Shown here: positions 27,701 through 41,981 of the stretch, piece by piece
Layout: each line of letters opens with the position of its first letter
How positions within the stretch are numbered: position 1 is the stretch's first letter
Assembly (NCBI GenBank): GCA_043228905.1
Contig: JBHGNT010000018.1
Span: forward strand, 8,618,001 to 8,682,000
Reading direction: 5' to 3'
Length of the DNA stretch: 64,000 nt
From: Azolla caroliniana
Taxonomy: Eukaryota; Plantae; Polypodiophyta
Made by a program: the position numbers and the translations under genes
The notes under the pieces: model-generated
What the model saw: the letters and a program-made list of their open reading frames with translations, nothing else
Database searches by the model: none
What the model was told of the DNA's origin: nothing

Positions 27701-29443
27701 CAAAGTAGACTGTAACGGGAAAACATATGGAAAATCCCATTCTATTTTGAGACAATTCATCGTTGAAAAATCTTTGTCATGATTGCAAATTAGATGCATT
27801 GAAGGTTTCCTTATATCGACAAAGACATGAGATATATAAATCACATAAACTTTGAGAATAATGTCTTCCATTCATGGGTTCATTGAAAGAAAGTCAGTGT
27901 TGGTCAATCAAGGAATGCATCAAGGCATCATGCTACATGCTTGATTATAAGGTGTACAATGTTGATGACCACAAACATTTGTTGTGTCCTTCCACCAAAC
28001 TAGAAGGGGCACATGAAATGTTCTCTAACAATATTATGCACATTAATAATAATAATGTCTCAACTACAGTTTTTTCCATTAATATTATCTTTTTATACAT
28101 TGCATATACACATGCATGTGCATTTCAACATTGTTACATAACATCGATTTGAGCATTGCCCCAATGTCTTCATATGCCTACAATCAATTATTACACTCCA
28201 ACATTCGAGAAAAGGATGCTCTCCTTCACTAAAAGCCGATCAAGTGTCGATGAAATGTCCTACAAAGGAAGCAAAAGCCTAATAGAAGTATATTGGTCTT
28301 TTCTAGGATTCCTACTAAAAGTTGGTATATTTTTAAAGATTCTTACCATTATATTCAAGATGGAAAGGAGGCATTGTCCATTGTATGAGACATAATTGAA
28401 ACAATTTATTACATATTATGACCCTTTAGCTCTCTTAGAACTTAATCCAGAATATGGGGATGAGTTATTATACAAAATAACCTTTATTAAATTTAATTTT
28501 TGCAGTGACATTTGCTTTCACATGTGTGTTTGCACACAAGTTACAAATGCACAACCAGAGAGTTGTTGTGATTGCGTATACCGAGCACATTCTCCCCACT
28601 ACTATACATTATTGACCATTGTTTCTATCAAATAGAGAAAGCCAAATGTTGTGATATCTGACATGTATGCAAGAGTCAATATTGAAGGCGAAGTTCAACA
28701 ACTAGTAAAGATTGTCAATGTCGAAGCGTGTCTTCAAAAGGCATAAAGAGCCATTTGGTAATAATGTGATGAATTTGGTTTGGTAGCATTGTCGGGCATA
28801 TTTTGTATTTCCCTCAAAAAACTACAATGAATCACACAATGTAGTTGAGTACAAAGCTCTCATTGTGGAATTGCCTTTTCCACTCAATGTCATTATTGTA
28901 ACATTTCATGCCCTACCTAAGCTCAACACATTTTTAGCCTATAAAAATCACACATTTTCATGGCGCTAGATTTGACGTGAAAGCAAACACATGGGTGTTA
29001 GAAGCAAACAAAAGCTGAAAGGCATTATTGATGTGATTAAAAAGGCTCATGCAATGGGCAAAATAGTGAACTCTATGCCAGGCATCATTTGAGGAAGATG
29101 TAACCATCGTGTTGTGGAAGGTAGACAAAGCTTTGCAAAAGATAATGGGCCATCACAACTTCCTTGACCATAGATAATTGCATAAAGTCAAGAATGGTCA
29201 GCGAGGCTAGCACCCAAATAGCAAGATTAAGTTACTTGATGGAGATGCCCATTTACTCAGATGTGTGCACTTGAATCCTTCTTTTGGATCCATTATGAAT
29301 CAATATCCTCCTCCTCAAGTTCTCATGCCTTTATTGTATATTTTTGGAGGGATTTTGAGAGGTTGATTCTGCGCCCTTTTCGCGGTTGTTACTATTGGAT
29401 ATGAAACAAACAAGAACACCCTATTTTGGTGTGTGCCACCCCC

Positions 29444-29453
29444 ATACACACAC

Positions 29454-29507
<54 letters not shown>
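29444..29507. repeat. (CACATA)n hexanucleotide repeat
   Basis: Direct observation. Confidence 0.95.
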
Positions 29508-29508
<1 letters not shown>

Positions 29509-30479
29509 AAGTTGCAACATGTACACCTAAAATGCACACACACATGCATCAACATGTACACCTAAGGATGCACAAACATATGTATTGCATACATCGACAT
29601 GCCCTAACCGATTTGAGTGATTTGTAATAATGCGCAAGATCATGAGTGACATTAGGAGCACAATATTGGGATAAATGTAGGATGTCAATGGGGGCGGGAC
29701 GGGTGACACACACATGTAAGATATGGAGACATTAACTTTCCACATGCAAGGAAGGAGATTTCATATCTATTGGTACAACAAAGAGGATCTAAATTTCGAT
29801 CTCATGGTCGAGATAAACATATGAAAGGCAAAGGGAAGAGAAGGATAATAAGAGAGGCGAGGACAAAAGCAAGGGTAGTAAAAACATTGGTGTTTATGTG
29901 TGTTGCATAGATAGGTTCGTGTTTATTGGGGGGGAGGGGTGTCTAAATGCTCATGTTGCTTGTTTGTTGTCCGGAGAGTGAGTGAGTGGGCCAAAAGAAG
30001 AGAAGAGTTGGCTACAGAAGACAATATGTGTACAACAAACACATGAAGGGGGAAGGAAGGGCAACCAAATAAGGGAGGGGTAGTATTTGTAATTTTGGAA
30101 AAGTTGAAGACGACCGCTTTTTTTGGAGGGTAGTTATGACAATTTCTGAAAGGAAGAGAAAAATCGTTTGAGGTTTTAGAGAGGGAAGGGAGGGGTGAGA
30201 CGACATCGATGTGCATCTAGAGAGAGGATGGCTTGTTCATAGAGAGAGGATGGCACCCCATAGAGGAGGTGGGGAGGAGGGGGGGGGTTTTGATTGATGT
30301 GTTTTCCTAGAGAGAGGATGGCACCGAACATGAGTGAGGGGCATTTAAAGTGGCGCTCTAGAGAGATGATGAGGATGCTCGACTGACTATCTATGTATGG
30401 TATGGGTATGGTATGGTAAGGTATGGATTGGGAGGTAGTTATAACTTATAGGTTATGGCCCTGTAGAGAGAGGATGACA

Positions 30480-30603
30480 CATAACACGCACGCTCTCTCT
30501 GTCTCTCTCTCTCTAGGTACATGTATGTATGTATGTATGTACAGCACGCACACATGGGCGAGAGGGCGGGCCCTTTTGTATGTATGTATTGAAGAAGAGA
30601 TTC

Positions 30604-30639
<36 letters not shown>

Positions 30640-30720
30640 GAGCCCATATTGTTACACACTCACTCTCTGTTATGCTCTCTGTTCTTCTGACAGAGAAAAG
30701 CAGGAAACAGAGAGCAGAGC

Positions 30721-30751
<31 letters not shown>

Positions 30752-31290
30752 TAGAGAGAGAAACTGAGGATCTCTCTCTCACGGGAGAATCTCTCTCTTG
30801 CTCTTCTCTGCTCTGCCATTTCCTAATGCACCATATCATCTTCACCAATCCATCAACCATTCGCGCTTCTTCTTCTTCTTCTTCTTCTTCTTCTGTGTCC
30901 ACCATCATTTAGTAGCGTCTCCATTACGACTCATAATCTGCCTTCTATTCATGCCAGTAGATGTTTTATCCTCTCTTCTTCTTCTCATTCGCCTTCTTTC
31001 TCTACCTTTCCATTACCAGAATTGAAAGCTTCTCCATTGGCTTCGATTTTGTTTTGTTTGTATTACTCCTTTCTTTATATACATGCAAAATAAACAAACA
31101 TCGAAGTAAAGCAAATCTATTCTGTATATTGAATTGATATTCTGTTTATTTCTTTCTGACCTAAAGACCGAAATCGATCATCAACTCCATTGTGGTCATG
31201 ATGAGATTATACAGCTTAGTGATCTTATAATTTTTTTGAATCATACATACATACATACATACATACATACATACATACATACATAATATC
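30480..31290 (+). promoter_or_regulatory. Putative promoter/5' UTR of the TCX gene, rich in GA/CT, TTC and CATA microsatellites
   Basis: GAGA tracts at 30604-30634 and 30728-30760, (TTC)n at 30867-30893 and (CATA)n at 31243-31284, immediately upstream of ATG 31321. TSS not determinable. Confidence 0.45.
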
Positions 31291-31320
31291 TCTATAAAAG
31301 AAAGCTGAAAAAACAGAGCG

Positions 31321-34300
31321 ATGGCAGCCGGGATGGGTTCACCTGAGAGAACTCCCATTGTTCTGAACCCCGATGGACAGGTGTGGAAGTCGGCAAAAAC
31401 CAATTAATTCACAACGATCAAAATAATCATATCACTGTTTTTGTAAATCTTCTTATTCTTCTTCATAACCTGCATGCATGTGTAATATGCAGGGCTCTCC
31501 ATTTTTCCACTTCCTGTGCAGTCTCTCACCCATCAAGCCAGTAAGATCCGGGCATGTGGTAGCACAGACCTTCTCAGAGCTCAGCTTCGCACCCCCACCT
31601 TCAGTCTTTGTATCACCCAAAGAGAGTAGCAGGAGCAGATCAGCTGAGGATGAGAGGAGGCAGAAAGACAATACTTCTTATACCAAAAGGTATAGAAATT
31701 TGTAAAAGTCCTGCTATTGATTCTTTAATTAATTTGTTTACATACATGTACATGTATTGTCTGCCATGTTGTTCTCAATCAATAGCAGGACTTGTGTTGT
31801 AATTTATTTGCTTGTTTGTGCCATTGCTGCTATGTGTAGGAAAATCTTTACAAGCATGGTTGACAACACTATGACAGGAAAGAAGAGTAAATTTACCATC
31901 AAATCCTCACTGTTGGCCTCTCCTGTTAACAACAAATTAATCCCTGAACAACAAGAATATCTCACATCATCTTCAAATTCAAGCTCACCAACCAATCTCG
32001 ATACCAATCTGATGCGAGGTGACAAATTAGGAGCCACAAATCCATGCGCCCCGCCTTGTGGTTTGAGTGTCGAAGAAGAATCATTAGATGCCACATCTCG
32101 AATTAACCTCGTCCCCCGAGATTATGCCCCGGCATTGAAAAGCTTTGATCTCCACCCACTGGCTACTATGTGTGAATATGCGAACGAGGAAGGAATTCCG
32201 AATGATTTCATGTGTGGTAATCCAGTTAATGGCTCGGGGATCGCATCCTGGAGAGAAGGGATTCCTTCGCGACAAATTCCTTCCATATTGTCTGCACCAA
32301 TGCAAAGGACAGTAGAAGAAACTACACAAAAAATCGACTTACATGGCAGTGGAGATTCTTATTCTATGCCCACTCATATCCATAACAATGACCAAGTGTG
32401 TGATGAAAGCACGCAACAAGTCTCCTGCAGGGTTAGCATTTAGTAGTAGTTCCTTCCATTTATCAACAATTGTTTTATGTAATTAATCCTGAATTGTTGC
32501 CCTTTTTGCTTATTTTGCCTATAGGCTGGAATTCGAAGGCGTTGCTTGGACTTTGAAACTCTAGAAGACCAGAAAAGATCTTCCAATCATGTTCCTTTGT
32601 TAGACGTTTCTTTGGATAAATCTTGCCATCCTAATTTTTTGAATACTTTGGGTATGAAGAGTGGATTTCATACCGCTACTACTTCTACTACCTCCACTGC
32701 TACTGCACACACAGCATCCAACATGCATTTGGTTTCTGGATACACGATGGACAATCCGACAATGTTCGCTTCCACAAATGAGCATGCATTATATCCTCCT
32801 CTCCGACCTGAGTTGGAGATCTGTGCACGAGGTTCCAACTTGGAGGCTCCTTGTCTGAATACTATGAATGAGCTCTCATATAAGGTTTCAGCCATGCATA
32901 ATTACCCTTGTATCCATCAAAGTCATGAATCTCCCTTAATTGACATAGATAACTCACATGGTCACGTGCCTACGAATGTCTCTAGAGACAGTAATACCAA
33001 TCATTCACATGGAAATCACTACAATGTATCTGTTGATAACCTCGACCTCGAGGCGGTCCTTTCGCTTGTGGACAGGATTGGTATGAAACCACCAGATGTG
33101 AGCAAATCCTTATCAAGTGATGCCCATGTTGCTGGGCTTGGGATGCAAAATTCTTGTTTTCCTACAACTTTTGATATGGATTCTATTCACAACCTTGAGA
33201 ATAGATTATTTACATGTGGAACAGTCCCTCCAGAGATTTCCCATTGTCATCAATCAGAGTCCAACCACGCCGAAGATGATTCAGGTCATATAAGCTCTGA
33301 CTGTGGTTCAAACAAAAAGAGGCAAGTGAAAGATTGATACATTTTTGTGCAAACATGTGTATGTATATGTGTTTTCTTCTTCTTCTTCTTCTTCTGTTTT
33401 CCTCTCATAGAAATGACAAGTATTTGTTTTGGGTACTATACCAGAAAGCTCTCCATCGATGACAACCCAAGCGGAGAAGGCTGTAAAAATTGCAAGTGCA
33501 AGAAATCAAAGTGTCTCAAATTGTGAGTATTTTTTAATGTTTCATGTTTGACATGAAAAAAAACCAATACAAGAGTTTATAATTTTACCTCTTATACCCT
33601 TGCTGCAGATACTGCGAATGCTTTGCTGCTGGAGTGTATTGTGTAGGTGGGTGTAGGTGCAGTAATTGCTATAACCGACCCGAGTTTGAGGATATAGTGC
33701 TCCAAACCCGAGAACAAATTGAGTCGAGAAATCCTTCGGCCTTTGTCCCGAAGATTATCCGAGCACCTGTTTCTTCACCTACCACAATTGGGGTATATAC
33801 ATTTCTCTCTCTCATGCAATTCTGCTAGAAAAGAACGCAGCATAGTGTGTATTTTGTGAATTTTTGTCTCCAAATGCTCTGCTATTGTGAACATCTTTTG
33901 AACTGTAATTCTGAAACAAACAACACATTTTTTGGATCATGTATGCAAAAAACGAAGGAGGAATGCCTTGATGTCACTCCTGCACCCACACGTCACAAAC
34001 GCGGTTGCAACTGCAAGAAATCTCAGTGTTCGAAAAAGTATTGTGAATGCTATCAGGTATATACATATATGTGCATGTGTGTGCTGCATGTGCATACATA
34101 CACAGAGTTGGAGTGCATTCTTATTCAATGCAAAAGGAACCCAAATGTTTTCCTGTTAAGTTTTTGATATCTCATTTTCCTTTACTTTTTTCCTTTTGGT
34201 TTGAGTTTGTAATTTTTTTTTCCCCAATGGTTGATTGCAGGCTGGCATTGGCTGTGGCGAAGGTTGTCGGTGTGAGGGATGTAGAAATGTCTTCGGAAGA

Positions 34301-35644
34301 AATGAAGGTTTTGACATATCAAAGCTTTTCAATGATTATTTGATCACACATGATGTTATGATCTTTATGCAGAAAGCAAAAAATGTCTCTAAAACCAAGC
34401 AAAAGGAAATAAAAGGCCTATATTAATGCATTACCATCTGCTTGATGATAGGTTCAGCCGAAGTTGATGAAAATGAGCAACAAAAAACTCCTGTAGAGAC
34501 AATGAGTAGTAGCAATGAGGAAATGATCCAAATGGATTCGAGGCCGACACCAGATCATCATCCTCAATCTGATCAAAAGAACAGAGTCCTTTCTCCAGTT
34601 ACACCTTACCTTAATAATGAACACTCTGGGTGAGTTTCTTTGTGTGGTTTACTTACTAACAAACTCATTGTAATGCCTAGTTCATAACCATCTCAAATAG
34701 CCACCAATAACAACACCTAACTTGCATCGGAATGCATTGATAACTTTTTTTTATTACTAACATTTGAAAATGTAGAATTCGGAACCATTTAACACCTTAA
34801 CACACTTTCATTTTCTTTTTTTGCAACATAATACAGACCATATGTTCAACCCCTGGTGAAGTCAGGTGAACAAAGCTGCTCCCCATTCACACTTTCAGTA
34901 TTACCGACAATGGCTTTTAACTCACCATGTCGGATATTCGAGGCATTGGAAGGGAGCCAAAACTTTGGCCAAATCCTGATGAATCCACAATCGAACCTCT
35001 CAACTTTCCCCCATAACCTAACTGATGCACCCTCTCATCCTGATGGTCTTAATGACATCTACTCTCTTCATCGGCCTCTCCCACAACTCTCCGAAGATGA
35101 TTATACTTTGTATTCTCGAATCAGCACATCCCAATCATACTGGCAGAACCAGGGACATTCCATCCCCACAGAATTGCCTGGCTTAACAAGCCAGGAATCA
35201 TCTCTGATTGAGCATTTACGACCTTCGATCTTCCCTTCCGATAACTATCAATTCCATACACGAGAGCATGATGGTCTCACTGTACCTGTAACTCCCCTTC
35301 TTCTTCCCTCTTCTAGCGTAGCGCGACGTAATTTTGAAGATCTTGATGAAATGTCAGAAACACCGTCTTGTTCGCGGGTTTGGTTGGGCGATGAGAACAG
35401 CCCGAATGTCTACAACGATCCCAATAGCTTTTGTGCACCTGAAATTGTTCTGAAAACACGGTCGCCCCAACAAAAGAGGGTTTTCTCTCATCATCAGAAC
35501 TCCAAAAGCGACGGGAGAGAGAGCGTCTCTCCCGGATCAGCATTTAAAAATGGAAGAAAGTTCATCTTGCATGCATTGCCATCATCATCAGGGATGCCTG
35601 ATAATCATGAGAGCACGACACACCCATACATTGACACGCAGTGA
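31321..35644 (+). CDS. TCX: Tesmin/TSO1-like CXC (CRC-domain, CPP family) protein, LIN54-like DREAM subunit; 10 exons, about 1019 aa
   Basis: Exons 31321-31380, 31493-31689, 31840-32431, 32525-33321, 33445-33522, 33609-33792, 33958-34056, 34241-34307, 34452-34629 and 34837-35644 join in frame (3060 nt). Motifs: SLSPIKPV…[27 protein letters not shown]1 [19 protein letters not shown], hinge [13 protein letters not shown]2 [24 protein letters not shown]-terminal [11 protein letters not shown]. Confidence 0.93.
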
Positions 35645-37609
35645 TTTTGGTGTAGTTATTCCTTGATAACCTTACTTGTGCACGTTTTAAACACATAATT
35701 GTGTGCTCGGGATGATTCATTCCTCTGATAGAGAAATACGATAATGATAGATATTCTTGCTTATGAAAAGTGGTAACGAAGCGACCAATAATCATTTCCT
35801 TGAAAGTTTCTCGGCACCAGAGCTCTCGTGACATTTCAATTGAAATCACCTACATGAATGATCATCTCCAACATAGAGTTGGATTATAAATACCCAAACA
35901 ACAAATAGGCTCCCATTCCAATGTACTCATAATCACCTGTATGAATTTACTCATACATGCTAAAACTCCTTAAACAAGAACAAGAGCCAGTGACTCGACC
36001 TGTATTTTACAATGTAGACCTACCTAGTGAGAATTGTTTTCATCATTTCTTTGACAATTGGATGTGTAAAGTTTGTTTGTCTCCTTAAGGCAACAAACAT
36101 TCATGGCTTAAGCTTACCTTAAGGATGAAATAAAAGTGGTGAAATGAGATTCCATTACAGTGCCCATTTTCCCAGCTTCTTTTTGGGTTTGATGCCATGA
36201 TAGTTCTTGGCATTGAATTGCTGAAATCATTCCTTCTACATGATTTTTTGGTTGCTACTTCAACAAAACAAAGAGCGACATGTTACCCCAATTGACAGAA
36301 AACAATCTCTCAATTTTTTGTTGTGTTCGAATGTGAGCAATTTCTCAATATGGTTCATTTTGAGAACTCATTTTGGGTAATGTCCTTTTGAATGCCTCAT
36401 ATCTTGATGATTAGAGCCATCTTTCTACGCTTCACGTTTTAGAGCTACTAGAGTTTTAAAACCTAAGCTCTAGCGACCTTGACTAAATGCGAAAGTTTTC
36501 GACCAATTCATATAATAATGCAAAAGTTTTCAAGTTTGGTTGTTTTGTAGGTAGCTTGGCAAACACACAATGGTGATCACAACTTTTAATGATGATTTTA
36601 TTTTTTGTTCTCTCTCTATTGCCAGCTTAAGTATGTATTTGTTTGGGTTTTTTAGTACTACATTGTGATTTTCTTCTACATTTCTTCATTGTCTCGAGAA
36701 GTTTGTGCAACATCTTGATCTGTTGGCAAAAGAAATTTTCACTATAGCAAATTAATAAACGGGGTTCCTAAAAATCATGAGTAGGTGCACCTATTCAAAA
36801 TGTTAGAAGGTTTTTGATTTCTCACGATCAATTGTAATGTATTGATAAGGTGTTTTATGGCCTGAAATTGTGGCATCTCTCATTGGGGCTCCACCCTACA
36901 CCCAATCACATTAATGTGCGCATCAAATTGTCTTGAGGCTTTGAGTGGTGAAGGCATTTGATCAATTGAACTCAATCAACAAAGTTGAGGTAATAATGTA
37001 TATGACATTTGGATAGTAAATGGTTAATGAATGGTAAATGTGTTACATAATTGCACTTGAGTTAGAACCTAACGAAGCAAACACAAAATTGAATAAATCT
37101 TAGAGATTGCTTGAAATAGAAAAATGGATAGATTCATTTATCTTAGGTTGAGTATATCACGTAATGCTCAAGTAGATCCATATGGATGGAGACAAACCTC
37201 TTATGTGGAGGATGGGGGGGAGGGGGGGGGGCATAGGTAAGAATGGGAATGATTGAAGGTTTAGTGAGGAAACTAGCGAAACCTTGATAGCACCTTCAAG
37301 TTGGTTTTTGACATATATCCTAAGATGATATGCTGTAATGTAGTCAATAATTGATCTGACGTTGCCAATAAATAGGTGCTACTTCTTGGATACCAAGAGT
37401 GGGTATAGTAATGCAAAGGTTTACTTTTCTGATCTTGAAGGAACAATCCACAAACACTACCAAATACTCAATCCTGTCCATCTGGCCCATTGATAGTAGA
37501 TTCTTTGCCTCAACTATCTGGCTAGACTCCTTAGCCAATTCATGTAGACACCACGTGATATTCATCTAGAATGTGTTAAGCGAGTGTTACGATGAATATC
37601 GATGGTTGA

Positions 37610-40600
37610 CTGCGACATAAACTAACTAATAAGTTCGACCGAATAGCTAAGGTCCGACTGAGTGATGGTCAAGTATATCAGGTTTTCAACTATTTGTCGG
37701 AACCGTGTCAGGTCACAAGTCATTCCCGATTCGGGGCGAAGCTTGACATTCTTGTCAAGGGAGTCGGGATGGATTTGCAATCCGTCATTCTGAACTTGAA
37801 GAGCATACTCAACACATAATGTCGTTGCATGATCAGTATGCCTTCCGGGATGCGGATCACTTTGATCTTGAGGATGTAATGAAGGTCTCCCATATCCTTT
37901 ATTTCGAATGATGCGGCAAGCTAGGACTTTACGCGGTTGATTTCTTCCAGGTCGGCGCCGGTGATGACCAAGTCATCCACATATAGCAGTATGCTAACCG
38001 GCCTATTCCAACCTTGTCGGATGAACAATGATGAGTTCGACTTCGACGGAGCAAACCCCATCCAACGCAATCTTTGCGTGATCTTCGTGTTCCAAGCATG
38101 CAGGGCTTGCTTTAGTTCGTAAAGGGACTTCTTTAGTCGGCAGGCGACCGATGTGTTCAATCCGGACTGAAATCCGGGGGGTTGCACCATGTACACCTGT
38201 TCCTCAAGCTCTCCTTGCAGGAACATATTCTTCACATCCATTTGGTGTAGGTATCACGACACAATGACATAAAATACAACCTACAACCTACAAGATGTCA
38301 TGCTCAACCATTTTGATTGAACCTACAACCTCACATCAACAAGATGTCATGCTTAACCATTTTGATATGAGCATGCATTTGTATATAGTAGTTTAGTATT
38401 CTATAGTCCAACATATAATACATTTCAGAATCAGAATATTCTAGTCGTTAGTATATTCTAGAAATATTGTACGGTATATTCTAGAGATATTTCTCGAGTA
38501 TATTCTAAAGATATTCAATCACCGAACTTGTATAAATACTTGTAACATCCTTGGTCCCTTTCAAGGGATTGAACACCAGTCATTGACACATCAATCTAGT
38601 ATTCTCGTTTCATGTCATCTTGTCTCCTTCTTCCTCTTTGTCTTCATGCCCTCATGTCTCTCACAACTTCTAGAGTTCCTAACCTTGTCATTTCTAACTC
38701 CAAGTTCGTAGCCCGTCGTTCGTAGCCCCATCATCCGTGCTCTGTCCCAATCTGCACTTGGTGTGTTCGTGATAGTTTGAATCCCTTCCAATTGGAAGCA
38801 TCATCCATCTTCATCATCGTCTTTGCTTCTAGAGTTACCATCATCACCATAGTTATAGTCGTTCCTTCTAGAGACACTTCCTCATCATCATTGTCTTCAT
38901 TGCCTCGTCTTTGACATCATCATTTTTCCGCACCTCTTGTTGTCTTCATTGCTACATCGCCCAACCTTCATCATCATCAACATTACTTTGCATGGTCTTT
39001 CATTATCTTCATTGTTCCGCCCTCTTCATTGTCATTGTCATCATCTATAGGTATCATTTTGCATTCCGATTTTGGCGAGGATTGATTTCAATCGCTCACC
39101 TTCATAGTTCTGGTGGGGGTTACAATCGCTCACTTTCCTGGTGGGAATCGAATCATTGCTCGTTTGCAGTTCATTTTCATTTCGGTTCAAGTTTAACTCC
39201 ACTTTCCTTTGATGAGGATCGATTTTGAACGCTCACCTTCTCAGTTCCGGTGGGGGTTACAACCGCCCACTTTCCTGGTGGGGATCGAATCATTGCTCGT
39301 TTTCACTCCATTTTCATTTCAGTTCAAGTTTCACTCCACTTTCCTTTGGTGAGGATCAAGTTTGAACGCCCACCTTCTCAGTTCCGGTTGGGGTTACAAC
39401 AGCTCACTTTCCTGGTGGGGATCTAATCATTGCTCGCCTGCACTCCATTTTTATTTTGGTCTACATTTCGCTCCACTTTCTTTTGACGAGGATCGATTTC
39501 GATCGCTCACTTTCTAGTTCCGGTGGGGATCACAACCGCTCACTTTCTTGGTGGGTATCAACGTCGGTTTCTCGTTAACGCTACCATTTGTGCTGTGTTT
39601 TGGGTCAACCTTGACTATTTAACCTCGACCTCTTCACATGCACTCCTTCGCCCATTGTTGTTCCAGTTCCCAGTGAGGATACTTGTTGCTCCATCATCCG
39701 TGCTCCGTCCCAATCCGCGCTTTGTGTGTTCGTGATGGTAGGTACCATCCCTTCACCGCCGCTACTGCAAGCAGCACCCGGACGACTGGCATTTTGGCAA
39801 TCGGCGCGAATGTTTAGTTGTAATCGATGCCGCGCTGCTATGTGCAACTCTTGGCCACTAGTTGGGCTTTGTATCAGTTAATGGAGCCGTCGCCGTTGTA
39901 CTTCACTTTGTATACCGACCGAAATCCGATTGGATTCACACCCTTGGGAGCATAAACTAGATCCCATGTTTCTTTCTCCATTAGTGCGCACATCTCTTCC
40001 TCCATTGCGGCTCGCCAATTGGCGTCCTTCACCACCTCTGCATAGTTCCCTACCTCACACACTTCCGCCACCTTCGCCATATACACATAATGATGCACCA
40101 TATGCTCATTATAGCAGTACCAGATCATGGGGTTCTTCTGGCAGGTGGATTGACGCAACTTCTGGTCTGCCGATTCTCTGACCTCAATTCTGGAGGTCCA
40201 TCTTCACTCCTGGCTGCATCGGATTCACTTCGGTCCGATGCGCCGACCTCTATGCCGTATTCTGGCATCTTCATCTTCCCCTTCTCCTTGCGCATAATCC
40301 ATCTCCTCGGCTTCTAGCGCAAGGATTGCATGACCGAGTCTTCGCTACTCGCCGACTTCTCATCCGGTTGGCCATCCTGGCTCAACCAATCCGGATTTGG
40401 CCCACAGAGCCAGAAGGCGATTGGACTATCTGGAAGTCCATATTCCACCCCATCTCTAACTGAGTTGGTCTCAATGACCTCATCCCTAGTAATCGGCTTG
40501 GAGTCTTCGGGAGTCAGAGACAGAAGGGAATACCAAGACATTGATTCCTTAAAGATGACATCATGGCTCACTCACACTTGCTTCGTCTAGGGGTTGTAAC

Positions 40601-41070
40601 ACTTGTACCCCGTATGCTCGTGGAGGGTCTTGAACTGCTGTCAGTACCACTTTTGTGACTCTGATCTTGCTCTTGTTGGCTGCCATTGTTGCGTGCCGAT
40701 CCACCTCGTCCACCACGACCACGGGGCCGGTCCACCTCTGTGTACATTGATGTCAGTGTGCGCATTCGTCGACACACCCACATGATTTTCTTCAACGAGT
40801 AGCATTGATCGCAACTCGAAGAAAGAAGGCGTATTCTCCCTTGTGCAGACAGCCGTTCGGAATGCTCCAAACTTAGACGCCAGCCTGCTGACGCAGACCT
40901 GAACCATTTGGTCCTCCTCGATGATCACGTTGACGGAGGTGAGGGAGTTGTAGATCTCCTGGATCTAGGCAGTATAATCAGACATAAACAAATATTTTTG
41001 TTAGACATTGTTGAGCTCCTATTTGAGCTGCACCTTCCTGGTCGTTGTGCTCGCGGTGAAAATCCATTTG
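37610..41070 (-). mobile_element. Degenerate, internally deleted Ty1/Copia (relative of 3967-9790), interrupted at 38252-39737
   Basis: RT LYVDDL and MDVKN at 37921-38241; RT start DANWRAAMEEEM near 39900-40160; gag ENTPSFFELRSMLLVEEN at 40641-40928. Frame continues across the insertion (KGWY|LHQMDVKN). Confidence 0.85.
38252..39737 (+). mobile_element. Non-autonomous LTR element, copy 1 of the tandem-repeat family; 3' part deleted
   Basis: Perfect TSD gtagg/gtagg; 5' LTR at 38252-38774 homologous to 49043 and 60781; four ~120-bp tandem repeats at 39080-39560; only the last ~50 bp of the 3' LTR remain. Confidence 0.85.
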
Positions 41071-41533
41071 AGTTTCATGTTAGGAATATGTCCCTCTGGG
41101 AGGAGCCGATTGGTCGGACTGAGAGCCAACGCTTGAAGATAAGGAGTAGTTGACTGGTCGGACTGAGAGCCGACAATCGAAGATAAGGAGTAGCTGACTA
41201 GTCAGGCCGAGAGCCGATAATCGATGACAAGGAGGAGTCGACAGTATAGTAAGTGATCCAAGTCGAAGACACGACCAACTAGTTGGGCCGACCGGATTGT
41301 CGATGACAAGGTCGACCAGTTGGGCCGTCTGGATAGGTTACATAGGACTCGGCTAGTCGAATCGACTAGTCGACTAGTCGGCCGATTAACTATTATTGTT
41401 ATTAGTATAGTAATAGGAAGATAGTAGTTACAGAGGCTACATTTGTAAATAACCCATACTGTGTATAAGTAGAAATACACTTAGGGCAAATAGAGTGGTA
41501 GAACAAGAGAGTAGAATAGCACAATAGTTCCTG

Positions 41534-41629
41534 TGTTAGTAATAGTACTAAAGACGGAGAGGGAATTAGTACTAGAGGTAGAGGAGGATGAGTACTATGA
41601 GTACTTAAGAGGAGAAGATGGTGTGGAAC

Positions 41630-41671
<42 letters not shown>

Positions 41672-41981
41672 GGCAATAGAAGATATATATTATAAGGAGA
41701 AAGATACAAGAACAACTAGGAGGCTTAAGACTGACGTTGAACCGAATTGGTTCGAAATAATGCCTTGTGCCTCTTTTTATAGTGTTGTCAGGAGTACTCC
41801 TGAAGTTTCTAGAATGTTCCAAAGAAATCTGGAATATACATCAATTTTCTATAGTGAAATAGTAAATGAAAACAAAATTCTTTGTATTATAATGTATAAC
41901 TCAATGGTAGGGCTTCAACCCATGTGACACAAGGTCATGGGTTCAAATCCTTTTAAAGCCATACCATGCTATATCATGACA
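41534..41981 (-). mobile_element. Solo LTR of the Tcn1-like chromovirus family
   Basis: Reverse complement of the LTR at 48005-48428; TSD tcctg/tcttg. Confidence 0.9.

Noticed and set aside
29315-31025. Short ORFs with HIHIHI, ERERER and FFFF runs
   Set aside because: Microsatellite translations with no coding evidence.
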